A stretch of DNA of 17,984 nt, taken from IMG/VR virus record IMGVR_UViG_2541047596_000007. One strand, given 5' to 3'. Below are positions 1 through 8,919 of this stretch, one piece after another. Position numbers and translations under genes: made by a program. Source of the DNA: a virus (Duplodnaviria; Heunggongvirae; Uroviricota; Caudoviricetes). The notes beneath the pieces are model-generated. The model searched no databases, was not told where the DNA came from, and saw only the letters and a list, made by a program, of their open reading frames with translations. Numbering within the stretch: the first letter of the stretch is position 1; each line of letters opens with the position of its first letter.

Positions 1-258
1 ATGCAAACCGTTATTTTTGGTCGTTCGGGTTGCCCTTACTGTGTGCGTGCAAAAGATCTGGCTGAGAAATTGAGCAATGAACGCGATGATTTTCAGTATC
101 AGTATGTAGATATTCGTGCGGAAGGGATCACTAAAGAAGATCTACAACAAAAGGCAGGTAAACCCGTAGAAACCGTGCCGCAGATTTTTGTCGATCAGCA
201 ACATATCGGCGGCTATACCGATTTTGCTGCATGGGTGAAAGAAAATCTGGACGCCTGA
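1..258 (+). CDS. grxA: Glutaredoxin 1
   Basis: 85-aa ORF starting at window position 1 with a CPYC active site (GCPYCVRAKDLAE). It matches my recollection of E. coli GrxA almost residue for residue. Confidence 0.93.
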   Translation: MQTVIFGRSGCPYCVRAKDLAEKLSNERDDFQYQYVDIRAEGITKEDLQQKAGKPVETVPQIFVDQQHIGGYTDFAAWVKENLDA

Positions 259-267
259 TCGTCTGAC

Positions 268-300
268 AAGCCCTCGCGTTGAGGGCTTTACTGATTTTTT
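268..300 (+). terminator. Rho-independent terminator downstream of grxA (convergent with ybjM)
   Basis: Inverted repeat AAGCCCTC / GAGGGCTT (268-275 and 281-288, 5-nt loop) followed by a T-run at 295-300. Confidence 0.45.
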
Positions 301-665
301 CTGTGCTGTGGTTTAAACAAACTACTGATAAATAAGAAACACAGTGCCCCCAGCGCACACCAGAACACCGCGCTTAGTAACCATGCCAGCTCTTGCCAGA
401 ATGAGCGCGTCGGTGAAAAAAACAGCCGCATAATGAGCATCGAACAGGGTGCCGCCAGCATTGCGCCAAACAGAGGTTTCAGGACTTCTCTACGCTGTGA
501 AAAGAAGCTGGCGACTGCTCCAGGAAGAATGAAAAATAGCAAGCCGATTTCAGGATGCCCGGCAGCCCGAAAAGCGCCTTTCATGTGCGTCGCCAGAAAA
601 AGGCACACCACAATGAAGAGGACAAAACAGCAGATTGCCCCCGCCCAACGTTGTTTATGTTTCAC
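288..665 (-). CDS. ybjM: Inner membrane protein YbjM
   Basis: 125-aa hydrophobic ORF convergent with grxA, matching the E. coli grxA-ybjM-ybjL neighbourhood as I recall it. Confidence 0.85.
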   Translation of the reverse strand: MKHKQRWAGAICCFVLFIVVCLFLATHMKGAFRAAGHPEIGLLFFILPGAVASFFSQRREVLKPLFGAMLAAPCSMLIMRLFFSPTRSFWQELAWLLSAVFWCALGALCFLFISSLFKPQHRKNQ

Positions 666-934
666 TCGTTCCTCCTGACACTGCGTCTATCGAACACATT
701 TTTCGCCAGTGTGGCGTTCAGTAAGATAAAGCCGCTTCGCATTCCATGCTAATATAGGCCAACGCAATTCATATAGCCGTTGATACCTAATGTGATTACA
801 CTAGTAAAATATATTGTTACTTTACTATCGTTTAGGTGCGCTGAATGAATCTGCGCCCTGAATTCTGGTAAAAAACATTATCGTAAATTACCATTTCTTT
901 CAACAGCTTACTAGTAAACAAGAAGTTAGCCTCC

Positions 935-2620
935 GTGAATATAAACGTCGCCGAATTGTTAAATGGGAATTACATTCTGTTATTATTTGTGGTCCTCGCG
1001 CTTGGGCTATGTCTCGGAAAGTTACGACTTGGTTCGATCCAACTGGGTAATTCCATTGGCGTTTTAGTCGTATCGCTGTTATTAGGCCAACAACATTTCA
1101 GCATTAACACCGATGCGCTTAATCTTGGCTTTATGCTGTTTATTTTCTGCGTCGGGGTCGAAGCCGGACCGAACTTTTTTTCCATTTTTTTTCGCGATGG
1201 GAAAAATTACCTAATGTTAGCACTGGTGATGGTTGGCAGTGCGCTGGTGATCGCCTTAGGGTTAGGTAAGCTGTTTGGCTGGGATATTGGCCTGACGGCC
1301 GGTATGTTAGCAGGCTCTATGACGTCGACACCGGTTCTGGTCGGTGCTGGCGATACACTGCGTCATTCCGGCATGGAAAGCAGGCAGCTCTCACTGGCAC
1401 TGGATAATCTGAGCCTCGGGTATGCCTTAACCTATTTAATCGGTCTGGTGAGTTTGATTGTTGGTGCGCGTTACTTGCCGAAATTGCAGCATCAGGACTT
1501 ACAGACCAGCGCCCAGCAAATCGCCCGCGAACGTGGCCTGGACACTGATGCCAACCGTAAGGTTTATTTACCGGTGATCCGCGCCTATCGCGTCGGCCCG
1601 GAACTGGTGGCCTGGACCGACGGCAAAAATCTGCGTGAACTGGGTATTTATCGACAAACCGGCTGCTACATTGAACGTATTCGACGTAACGGGATTCTGG
1701 CAAATCCAGACGGTGATGCCGTGCTACAAATGGGCGATGAAATAGCGTTGGTAGGCTATCCCGACGCCCATGCCCGACTCGATCCCAGCTTCCGTAACGG
1801 TAAAGAAGTTTTCGATCGTGACCTTCTCGACATGCGTATCGTCACTGAAGAAGTGGTCGTTAAAAACCATAACGCTGTAGGTAAACGTCTCGCACAACTG
1901 AAGTTGACCGATCACGGTTGCTTCCTTAACCGCGTCATTCGTAGCCAGATTGAGATGCCGATAGATGACAACGTCGTGCTTAACAAAGGTGACGTTTTAC
2001 AAGTCAGCGGCGATGCCCGCCGCGTAAAAACCATCGCCGATCGCATCGGCTTTATCTCGATTCACAGCCAGGTCACTGACCTGCTGGCATTCTGCGCCTT
2101 CTTTGTTATTGGGCTGATGATCGGGATGATCACCTTCCAGTTCAGCACATTCAGTTTCGGCATGGGGAACGCTGCCGGGTTGTTATTCGCCGGAATTATG
2201 CTGGGCTTTATGCGTGCTAACCACCCGACCTTCGGTTACATTCCGCAGGGTGCATTAAGCATGGTGAAAGAGTTCGGCTTGATGGTGTTTATGGCAGGCG
2301 TTGGTCTGAGCGCCGGTAGCGGTATTAATAACGGCCTGGGCGCGATTGGCGGTCAGATGTTGATTGCCGGATTGATTGTCAGTCTGGTGCCCGTGGTTAT
2401 CTGTTTCTTGTTCGGTGCTTATGTATTGCGAATGAACCGCGCGCTGTTGTTCGGCGCAATGATGGGCGCACGTACCTGCGCGCCGGCAATGGAGATCATC
2501 AGTGATACAGCTCGCAGTAACATCCCGGCGCTGGGCTATGCGGGCACCTATGCAATCGCCAACGTCCTGCTGACGCTGGCAGGGACAATCATCGTCATGG
2601 TATGGCCAGGATTAGGATAA
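935..2620 (+). CDS. ybjL: Putative transporter YbjL (AAE/YidE-YbjL family, TrkA-C domains)
   Basis: 561-aa ORF with hydrophobic N- and C-terminal halves flanking a soluble central region. Length and sequence are consistent with E. coli YbjL. Confidence 0.92.
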
Positions 2621-2732
2621 AACTGAAGTTGCCCTGAAAATGAAATTTTTTTGCACAACCGCAGAACTTTTCCGCAGGGCATCAGTCTTAATTAGTGCCA
2701 CTGCTTTTCTTTGATGTCCCCATTTTGTGGAG

Positions 2733-2776
2733 CCCATCAACCCCGCCATTTCGGTTCAAGGTTGATGGGTTTTTTG
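2733..2776 (+). terminator. Terminator-like hairpin in the ybjL-prophage junction
   Basis: CCCATCAACC (2733-2742) pairs with GGTTGATGGG (2760-2769), followed by TTTTTT (2770-2776). It lies 113 nt after the ybjL stop, where the prophage attR is expected. Confidence 0.4.
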
Positions 2777-2855
2777 TTGCCTGAAATTTAAGCTGTTTAA
2801 AATCATGATGTTAGAAGCACTGTTTTTTAACGATGGCGACAAAATGGCGGCAGCG

Positions 2856-3074
2856 TCAAAGAGAGAGCGCCACCTGTCCTGATTTCATTGGATGCGGCTG
2901 AACCGGATTTGACTCTTTTGGCGTTGCAATCGAACGAACAAAAGTTTCATGGGTAACAAAAGTATGGCTGCAGTTAATGTTCTGGCACTGGTTGTAACGC
3001 TCTTTGGTCAATGAAGATACCTGAAAACTGCTGCGAGTATGGGCGGCACTTCCACACAGTGGGCAAATCATCAT
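2856..3074 (-). CDS. ogr: Ogr/Delta-family late transcription activator (Cys4 zinc finger)
   Basis: CPLCGSAAH...CQNINCSHTF zinc-finger pattern like P2 Ogr. Start chosen at the internal Met (MMICPLCG), preceded by GGGGAGAA on the minus strand, giving about 72 aa as in P2 Ogr. Confidence 0.8.
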   Translation of the reverse strand: MMICPLCGSAAHTRSSFQVSSLTKERYNQCQNINCSHTFVTHETFVRSIATPKESNPVQPHPMKSGQVALSL

Positions 3075-3164
3075 TTTTCGAGTTCTCCCCATTTTTGCTA
3101 AATTCACAATAATGATACCGCATTATTCCATTTTGCAAACTTAAAAGTTCTCCATTGCGAAGAA

Positions 3165-4001
3165 TCATTCCATTTCGAAATCATCAATCCTCACTTCAAG
3201 CTCCAGACTGGTCGTAAAACCATTATCCGGGCTTACGGTATGCGTCAGAGTCGTAATGGTCCATTCCGCATCATCTATCGGCTGTTTAAAGCCACTGACT
3301 TTCACTGGCATTTCCGTGTAGAGATCTGCCCGCCCTTCCGCCAGTTGTAACGAGAATGACGCAACGCCGCGTTGCAGGCGTTCCCACTGCATTTTCGCCG
3401 CTCGTTCGGCGTTGCTCCGGTTGGCATAAGTGCGATTAAGTACCAGCACGTTTTCATCCGTACCCACCAGGTAATCGCCCTGCTTCGCTTCCGGCTCTTT
3501 CTTCTGCTTCTTAGTCCTGCGCTTACGCTTCACCGTGGTGCTTTCTTTCTTCGCGGGTTCGCGGGTATGCAACCAGCTGGCAATTACGCCCGTGTAGGCT
3601 CCGCGATCTGCCAGGGTAAAGCGGTGACTGTCGCCGTCCTTACGTGTGATAGTGATAACCGGTAGTGGTTTACCGCTGGCGCTTTTACCCTGTCCCTGCC
3701 GGATGAATAACAGATTGCCATTTTTCACCGACGCAATAGCACCGTACTGGCGCGCCAGCCGCATCAGAAAACTGCCGTCACTCTCATTGGTCTGGTCTAT
3801 ATGCTCCACGGGTTTATCCGACAGGTCTTCACCCAATGCCATCTTCAGTTTGTGCCGCGCAGATATTTCCTTCACGACTTCCCCAACGGTGGTCTTGTGC
3901 CACGATTTTTCACGGCGGGTATTCAGCGTTTCACGAAAATCAGCACTTCGCGCCCGGATAGTCAGGCGGTCCGGTGCGCCAGTGTGTTCAATCTCGTCCA
4001 C
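3165..4001 (-). pseudogene. P2 gpD-like tail protein, N-terminally truncated remnant
   Basis: The 278-aa ORF (TGAPDRLTIRARSADFRETLNTRRE...DQTNESDGSFLMRLARQYGA) matches the middle and C-terminal part of P2 gpD. About 100 N-terminal residues of the roughly 387-aa protein are missing and the upstream gene U is absent. Confidence 0.7.
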
Positions 4002-4329
4002 CGTGAATGCCCCTTTCGGGAAAAGCGGCTGCCCGATGAAGCAAGCCCGCGTCGCAGCAGTGCCAGTGGTGCGCCAGCCAGCCAGGACAACGCGCTGCTG
4101 GTTCGAGTTACTGCTGCCGTAACGGAAGGTAACATTTTGATACCCAGCACAGAGAATCCCAGACGGATCACTGCCAGCGGCCCCAGCACTGCAGCCAGCG
4201 CCACCGCTAAGGTGCCGAGGCCCACGGTAACGGCAGCCACCACAGCGGCTACTTTCATCAGTGTGCCTGTCAGTTCCGGGTTAGCTTCCACCCAGCGACG
4301 CAACGCCCCTGTGACCGACGCCGCACAAA

Positions 4330-4700
4330 ACCAGGAGGATGTGAACAACCTCCGCAACGCGATGAAAAGCGCCAAAGGCCCAGGTAACTTCCGCAACCTG
4401 TTTATGTACTCGCCTAACGGCAAAAAGGACGGGCTTCAGATCATCCCGTTGTCAGAAGTCGCGGCGAAGGATGAGTTTTTGAATATCAAGAACGTGAGCC
4501 GGGATGACATGATGGCGGCGCATCGTGTGCCGCCTCAGATGATGGGGATTATGCCGAGTAATGTTGGCGGGTTTGGGGATGTGGAAAAGGCTAGTAAGGT
4601 TTTTGTAAGAAATGAAGTAATCCCCTTACAGCAAAGAATCTGTGAAATCAACCGATGGTTAAATGACGATATAATAAATTTTAAAGAATATTCGATGTAA
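4330..4700 (+). pseudogene. Phage portal protein (P2 gpQ-like), C-terminal fragment only
   Basis: The last ~120 aa of ORF 3801-4700 (FRNLFMYSPNGKKDGLQIIPLSEVAAKDEFLNIKNVSRDDMMAAHRVPPQMMGIMPSNVGGFGDVEKA) resemble the portal C-terminus. The N-terminal part of that ORF is antisense to the gpD region and not portal-like. The left boundary is approximate. Confidence 0.5.
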
Positions 4701-4732
4701 AATTAAAGAGTCTCAAATGAGACTCTTTAATT
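4701..4732. terminator. Bidirectional hairpin between portal remnant and HNH gene
   Basis: Perfect 14-bp inverted repeat AATTAAAGAGTCTC / GAGACTCTTTAATT (4701-4714 and 4719-4732) with a 4-nt loop, lying between two convergent stop codons. Confidence 0.55.
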
Positions 4733-5400
4733 TAAGGAAGCATCGTATCAAAAACATCACGCAACGCAGTAGAGAATGGTCTGGGGTCTATTTCTTTATA
4801 ATACTCGTCTCGAAGTTCGTTACGGACACTATCATCATAAAGTCCCTCTTCGATGAACTCTTCAGCTGTAGAAACAAATCTCTCTATCAATGACCATGTT
4901 TCTGATATTGCATTGATGCGCTCAGTTTTCACGCCGCCCTTTTCACCATTCAGGTTAAAAACCCTTATAGTAACCTCAGCTCTTCGCTCATCGTTTCGCG
5001 ATAACCCCGGACGAATATCCATATTTCCATTAATAGCGAAATGGAAAAAATGTGTGGGGTCATCATTATCGGCCTTGATTAGGTCTTGCTCCTGATAGCT
5101 CTGTTCATCTTTGTAAAAACCGCAGTGATTATTTTCAGCACAAGAGCCGAACAAGTTTGACCATTCAAATGTTAAATGCCTATGCTGGCTTCTACGCAAA
5201 AAATGCTCGATATGCTTATCATCACTATTGTGAATATCTATTTTCCGCTCACAATACGCACATCTCTTCCCTTGCATTTCAACTAAACCGACCCAGACTA
5301 ATTGTTTATGTCGCCGTTTAAAAGCATTCCAGTCATGAATATTGTAGTCAAACTCGGCTAAAACACCTGGACCAATGGGATTTCTAGCAAGGAATTTCAT
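4732..5400 (-). CDS. HNH endonuclease, PtuB-like retron/Septu effector
   Basis: 222 aa with an HNH signature (CAYCERKIDIHNSDDKHIEHF ... CAENNHCG). The start overlaps the upstream ATPase stop in an ATGA junction. Confidence 0.8.
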   Translation of the reverse strand: MKFLARNPIGPGVLAEFDYNIHDWNAFKRRHKQLVWVGLVEMQGKRCAYCERKIDIHNSDDKHIEHFLRRSQHRHLTFEWSNLFGSCAENNHCGFYKDEQSYQEQDLIKADNDDPTHFFHFAINGNMDIRPGLSRNDERRAEVTIRVFNLNGEKGGVKTERINAISETWSLIERFVSTAEEFIEEGLYDDSVRNELRDEYYKEIDPRPFSTALRDVFDTMLP

Positions 5401-7052
5401 TGTTTAGATTCCTTATTGCCAGACTCACCCCGCACTTTGTCTTTTAGCTTTAATACACGAATTATACCATCACACTCAAGTAATAATGGGTGATCAATTC
5501 CATAATGCTTGTCTAACTTTTTCCTTATCATTATGGCTTCCTCCGAATCCTGCTGCCTGTTTTCAATAAATTTCTTATAAGTGCTCAGCCATGCGACTTC
5601 TTTTACATTAGGTACAGGATCTGTTTTCATCCCATAAAGCAAAGCGTACGAATTCTTAGTACCTTTTGTTTGAGATGATGGTAAAAGCACACGTAATTCC
5701 TTCATGCCTGTCGAAGGGTTTTTTATTTCCTCAAGGATGCGCAAGCATTTACTTGGAACTGTCGATACAATTTGAGGGCTATGAGTGGTAATTATGAATT
5801 GTACGTTAGGAAATGTATGCTGCAATTTCTCAATAATGTTTTGCTGCCAGCTTGGGTGCAAATGAAGATCAACTTCATCAATTAATACTATACCTTTCCC
5901 TTGAAGTGGATTATTTAACTTAGGATTCAGCAACACCAAGCGTCTTGTTAAATCCCCCACTAATGTAAGTATAGTTTTCTCCCCTTGAGAGAGTTGCTGG
6001 GCATCTAATAGTAAATCATCTTTTGCTAAAACTAAACGAACTTCATTTTCAGTATATTGAAGTTCAACAGAGCTAATTTCAGGAAGGAAATTAATTATTG
6101 CCCTTTTAACATTAGCAACAATATCTTTTGAACGACTTAAACCATTTGGTGTAGACGGTAACGTATTAAGAATCAACTCTTTATTAGCAATTTGTGTTTC
6201 TATATCTATTAATGTTCTTCTATCAACATCACTGAAAGATTTCAAAACCTCCAAAGATACCTTAAGCTTTGAGATATCAATAACAAGTTGATCTCTTTGT
6301 TTTTCTGGTATCAAGGACTCCTCAGACAATGCCTTATTATTAACAAATATAAACCAATTTAAAAACTCACCGAAGTCACGGCGATCAAACTCTATATCTT
6401 CATAAGCATCAAGCTTAGTCCATCGACGCACAGAATTATTAACATTTCTTTTATTATCTATGCCTGCACCATTTGAAGATCTTGATACAGAGTAATATGC
6501 AAGAACCGGAAGGCTTACATCTTCATAATATGAATTCACAACACGAAAGAATGACGCCATCTCTTTTATAGAAAGCAACTCATTATTTCTTTTTTGTGAT
6601 ACTCCATCTTTAACACGTGTAACTAAAATATTTGACGTTATTTTTTTAAGTTTAAACTGCGCAGTTATTGCAGCATAATTGACATCATTATGATTGTTAA
6701 TATCACCATCTTTTATATGAAAACCGCTTTTATCTTCTTTTTGAACATTTGCTCTAAACCAACTTAAAGCAATAAATAATGCTTCAAGAATGGTGGTTTT
6801 ACCGTAACCATTATCACCAACAAACACTGTTAGTTTTTTGTCGATCGAAACAAAAAGATCCCTGACTCTTTTATAGTCTGAGATGGCGACTTTATTTATA
6901 AGAAATGGTGCATCTTCAATTTCCTTATATAACGAAGATACCTCTTCAGGAATGTTCTCTTTACTGAATTCTAAACCATCTTCAGTTTTATTTACATAAG
7001 ACTGCAATAATGTACGAATGTCATTTGGTGATTTAGTATACTTTGAGTTCAC
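5397..7052 (-). CDS. ABC/SMC-like ATPase, PtuA-like retron/Septu partner
   Basis: 551 aa with Walker A (GDNGYGKTT), an ABC-signature-like LSQGEK, and Walker B/H-loop (VLIDEVDLHLHP). Overlaps the RT stop and the HNH start by ATGA at both ends. Confidence 0.82.
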   Translation of the reverse strand: MNSKYTKSPNDIRTLLQSYVNKTEDGLEFSKENIPEEVSSLYKEIEDAPFLINKVAISDYKRVRDLFVSIDKKLTVFVGDNGYGKTTILEALFIALSWFRANVQKEDKSGFHIKDGDINNHNDVNYAAITAQFKLKKITSNILVTRVKDGVSQKRNNELLSIKEMASFFRVVNSYYEDVSLPVLAYYSVSRSSNGAGIDNKRNVNNSVRRWTKLDAYEDIEFDRRDFGEFLNWFIFVNNKALSEESLIPEKQRDQLVIDISKLKVSLEVLKSFSDVDRRTLIDIETQIANKELILNTLPSTPNGLSRSKDIVANVKRAIINFLPEISSVELQYTENEVRLVLAKDDLLLDAQQLSQGEKTILTLVGDLTRRLVLLNPKLNNPLQGKGIVLIDEVDLHLHPSWQQNIIEKLQHTFPNVQFIITTHSPQIVSTVPSKCLRILEEIKNPSTGMKELRVLLPSSQTKGTKNSYALLYGMKTDPVPNVKEVAWLSTYKKFIENRQQDSEEAIMIRKKLDKHYGIDHPLLLECDGIIRVLKLKDKVRGESGNKESKQ

Positions 7053-7990
7053 ATCCCCTCCTCAGAAAAAAGCGCATGTATTACTTCTTTCCCATATTTA
7101 ATTTTCATTCTAGCAATAAATTTAGGCTCTATATATAAAGCATGTCCAACAAAGCCCTTAAGGCTTATAACATCCTCTTTAGCCAGTAAGCCTAGTGTAT
7201 ATTTATGCAGCAGAGAAGAAATCATTCTCTTCTTTTGCCTACCGAGCGAAAGCTCCCCATCAACTGTTAATGTCACACCTGTCACATGTCTATTATGAGC
7301 TTTAGACGTGAATACAGTTTTAGATTCATTTAAAGATATACCTTTAGCACATAATGATAATGCAAACCTTACTACTTTCGGGACCTCAAAAAGTATATTC
7401 TTCTCATCTGTAGAAAATGTAATATCATCAGCATACCTTGAATATGAAATATTCCTAACAGAGCACCAATTGTTTATATAATTATCAAAATCATACATTA
7501 CAAAATTACTAACAAAAGGTGAGGATGGCGCCCCAACGCTCAACACGAGAGTGATACTTCTTTTTTTTCCTGGTTTCCAGAAAAGAATCCCTTCTAAAAA
7601 CTCCTTATCCTCACCTGACAAAACAACCCCTTGAGAGCGAAGTTTATCAAATAAAAGAGCCGGTTTAATTTTATTGAAGAAATTCTGAAAATCCATTTTT
7701 AAAAGATAGGAGTTTGCCATATGGATTTTGGCATTGTCCTTAATTCCTATAGAAACTTTATAAGCTTTCGCTGCATCGTGCACGATGAGCTTGGAAGCCA
7801 AAATTTTCACAACCTCACGCTGAATTCGCTTTATCTCACTCGTTGGTTGAGCAATAAGCCTGAATCCACTTTGTCGTTTAGGAATTGTGTAGACTTTATA
7901 TTTTTTAGGCGCAACACTCGATAACCGCCTCAGCTCGTTAACGTTTACTCCAAGTTCTTTGCTAACAGCCGATAAAATTTCCATAAACAT
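7049..7990 (-). CDS. Retron-type reverse transcriptase
   Basis: 313 aa with RT motifs: LKMDFQNFF (motif A), GAPSSPFVSN (motif B) and RYADDITFS (YADD catalytic motif C). Its size and the adjacent structured ncRNA fit a retron RT. Confidence 0.88.
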   Translation of the reverse strand: MFMEILSAVSKELGVNVNELRRLSSVAPKKYKVYTIPKRQSGFRLIAQPTSEIKRIQREVVKILASKLIVHDAAKAYKVSIGIKDNAKIHMANSYLLKMDFQNFFNKIKPALLFDKLRSQGVVLSGEDKEFLEGILFWKPGKKRSITLVLSVGAPSSPFVSNFVMYDFDNYINNWCSVRNISYSRYADDITFSTDEKNILFEVPKVVRFALSLCAKGISLNESKTVFTSKAHNRHVTGVTLTVDGELSLGRQKKRMISSLLHKYTLGLLAKEDVISLKGFVGHALYIEPKFIARMKIKYGKEVIHALFSEEGM

Positions 7991-8270
7991 TCCGCTTGTG
8001 AGGCCCGCTTGCGCGGGCCGAGCTCTTCACTAAAGACAGCGAAAGCGACGAATTCCGCCTTCGTAAACTATGGCAACAGCCATAGGATGCGAAGGCGGAA
8101 TTCGTCGCTTTCGCAACCCTAAACTGAGCAATAAATTAGAGCCTGGCTTATCGCCCGGCTAGAACGCAATGGTTCCCTAACGCTAAAGAGCATAGGAATA
8201 CTAATGTTGCAACGAACAAATAGCAAGCCGGGCGCGCGCTCGTATCCCCGCCACGCCTGCCCGCTTTATG
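7991..8270 (-). ncRNA. Retron msr-msd non-coding RNA (boundaries approximate)
   Basis: Non-coding GC-rich region immediately upstream of the RT on the same strand. It contains the long msd hairpin (8039-8114), a 7-bp hairpin GGCCCGC-TTGC-GCGGGCC (8002-8019) and a long-range complement CGCCCGGCT (8152-8160) / AGCCGGGCG (8226-8234). I could not identify a1/a2 by eye. Confidence 0.55.
8039..8114 (-). repeat. msd stem-loop: perfect 25-bp inverted repeat
   Basis: GCGAAAGCGACGAATTCCGCCTTCG (8039-8063) is the exact reverse complement of CGAAGGCGGAATTCGTCGCTTTCGC (8090-8114). The 26-nt loop holds an inner 6-bp palindrome CTATGG/CCATAG (8068-8073 and 8080-8085). Confidence 0.85.
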
Positions 8271-8300
8271 TAGTGGTTTTCATGCACCTGCATGATCTAC

Positions 8301-8326
8301 GCAAAAGCCCGCCAGTTCTGGCAGGC
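8301..8326 (-). terminator. Candidate rho-independent terminator after the DinI-like operon
   Basis: On the minus strand, GCCUGCCAG-AAC-CUGGCGGGC forms a 9-bp stem with one G-U pair, followed by UUUUGC. Confidence 0.35.
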
Positions 8327-8460
8327 CTTAGCAAAAACGATCCTCAAACGATCATGCGATCTCATGCGGCATAGACATGCACCACAGAGCTAACGCCTCG
8401 CACAGCTCGTTGTTCAACCTTGCTGACGCCAGAAGCAAGTTCAGACGCCAGCAGCGTTTC

Positions 8461-8694
8461 TTAATGCAGCCAGCTGTCGTCTTCCCACACCTTCTGCATA
8501 ATTTTCATCACTTGTTTTCTTTCTTCGTCCAGTTGCAGTCCGGTCAGTTCCACACCGTTAGAGCTACCTTTGCGGATACGAATTACCGTTTTGGGATACA
8601 GGGGGCGCAGATTGCGGTAAAGCTCGGATTCAAGGGCGTCCAGGATAGACTGGCTAATCTTCTGCTCTTTATCGATCATTATTTCAATGCGCAT
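8461..8694 (-). CDS. DinI-family protein (77 aa)
   Basis: Start taken at the internal Met MRIEIMIDK, preceded by GAGGTG. The pattern MRIE...DAL..EL...W.DD.W parallels E. coli DinI (MRIEVTIAK...WESADDW). Confidence 0.78.
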   Translation of the reverse strand: MRIEIMIDKEQKISQSILDALESELYRNLRPLYPKTVIRIRKGSSNGVELTGLQLDEERKQVMKIMQKVWEDDSWLH

Positions 8695-8704
8695 AAAAGT
8701 CACC

Positions 8705-8893
8705 TCAGTTGATGACATCCATTGAGCGGTTGTATTCGTGGCTTCTGATTTTTGCCATGAGTTCATCTGTCAATTCAGAAACCCACTGCAGAGCCAGCCC
8801 CTTCTCTTCATCACTACACTCACTAGCCGCTACAAGCTTAAGAAAAAAATCAATGCGCTGGAGCTTCAAAGACTCCAAAAAATAGTCCTGCAT
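8705..8893 (-). CDS. Small hypothetical protein (62 aa), first gene of LexA-box operon
   Basis: Start chosen at MQDYFLESL because of a strong SD (GGAGGAAAG then ATG) and LexA boxes just upstream. The longer 96-aa reading would place the LexA boxes inside the coding region. Confidence 0.5.
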   Translation of the reverse strand: MQDYFLESLKLQRIDFFLKLVAASECSDEEKGLALQWVSELTDELMAKIRSHEYNRSMDVIN

Positions 8894-8919
8894 CTTTCCT
8901 CCTATGACACCACAAGCAA

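Noticed and set aside
433-752. Plus-strand ORFs of 81 and 65 aa overlapping ybjM
   Set aside because: Antisense to a well-supported membrane-protein gene, with Arg/Cys-rich low-complexity translations and no start context. Judged to be chance frames in GC-rich DNA.
970-1915. Minus-strand ORFs (71, 128, 63 aa) inside ybjL
   Set aside because: Entirely contained antisense to the 561-aa transporter ORF and Arg/Pro-rich, as expected for antisense frames.
2974-3168. 64-aa minus-strand ORF overlapping the ogr region
   Set aside because: Alternative frame over the ogr N-terminus and the ogr-gpD spacer. Ogr accounts for the zinc-finger frame and this ORF has no motif of its own.
3372-4122. Plus-strand ORFs (97 and 158 aa) across the gpD remnant, and the N-terminal two-thirds of ORF 3801-4700
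   Set aside because: Antisense to the gpD-like coding frame and Arg/Ser/Pro-rich. Only the last ~120 codons of ORF 3801-4700 look portal-like.
4853-5095. 80-aa plus-strand ORF inside the HNH gene
   Set aside because: Antisense to a motif-bearing HNH ORF.
7721-7924. 67-aa plus-strand ORF inside the RT gene
   Set aside because: Antisense to the RT frame.
8039-8114. Long inverted repeat as a possible CRISPR repeat or IS terminal inverted repeat
   Set aside because: It is a single hairpin with no array of spaced direct repeats and no adjacent transposase. Its position directly upstream of an RT fits an msd stem much better.
7991-8270. Attempt to assign retron a1/a2 flanking inverted repeats
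   Set aside because: The repeats I could find by eye (GCCCGCTT near 8003 and 8255) are direct, not inverted, so I could not confidently place a1/a2 or the branching G. The ncRNA boundaries are left approximate.
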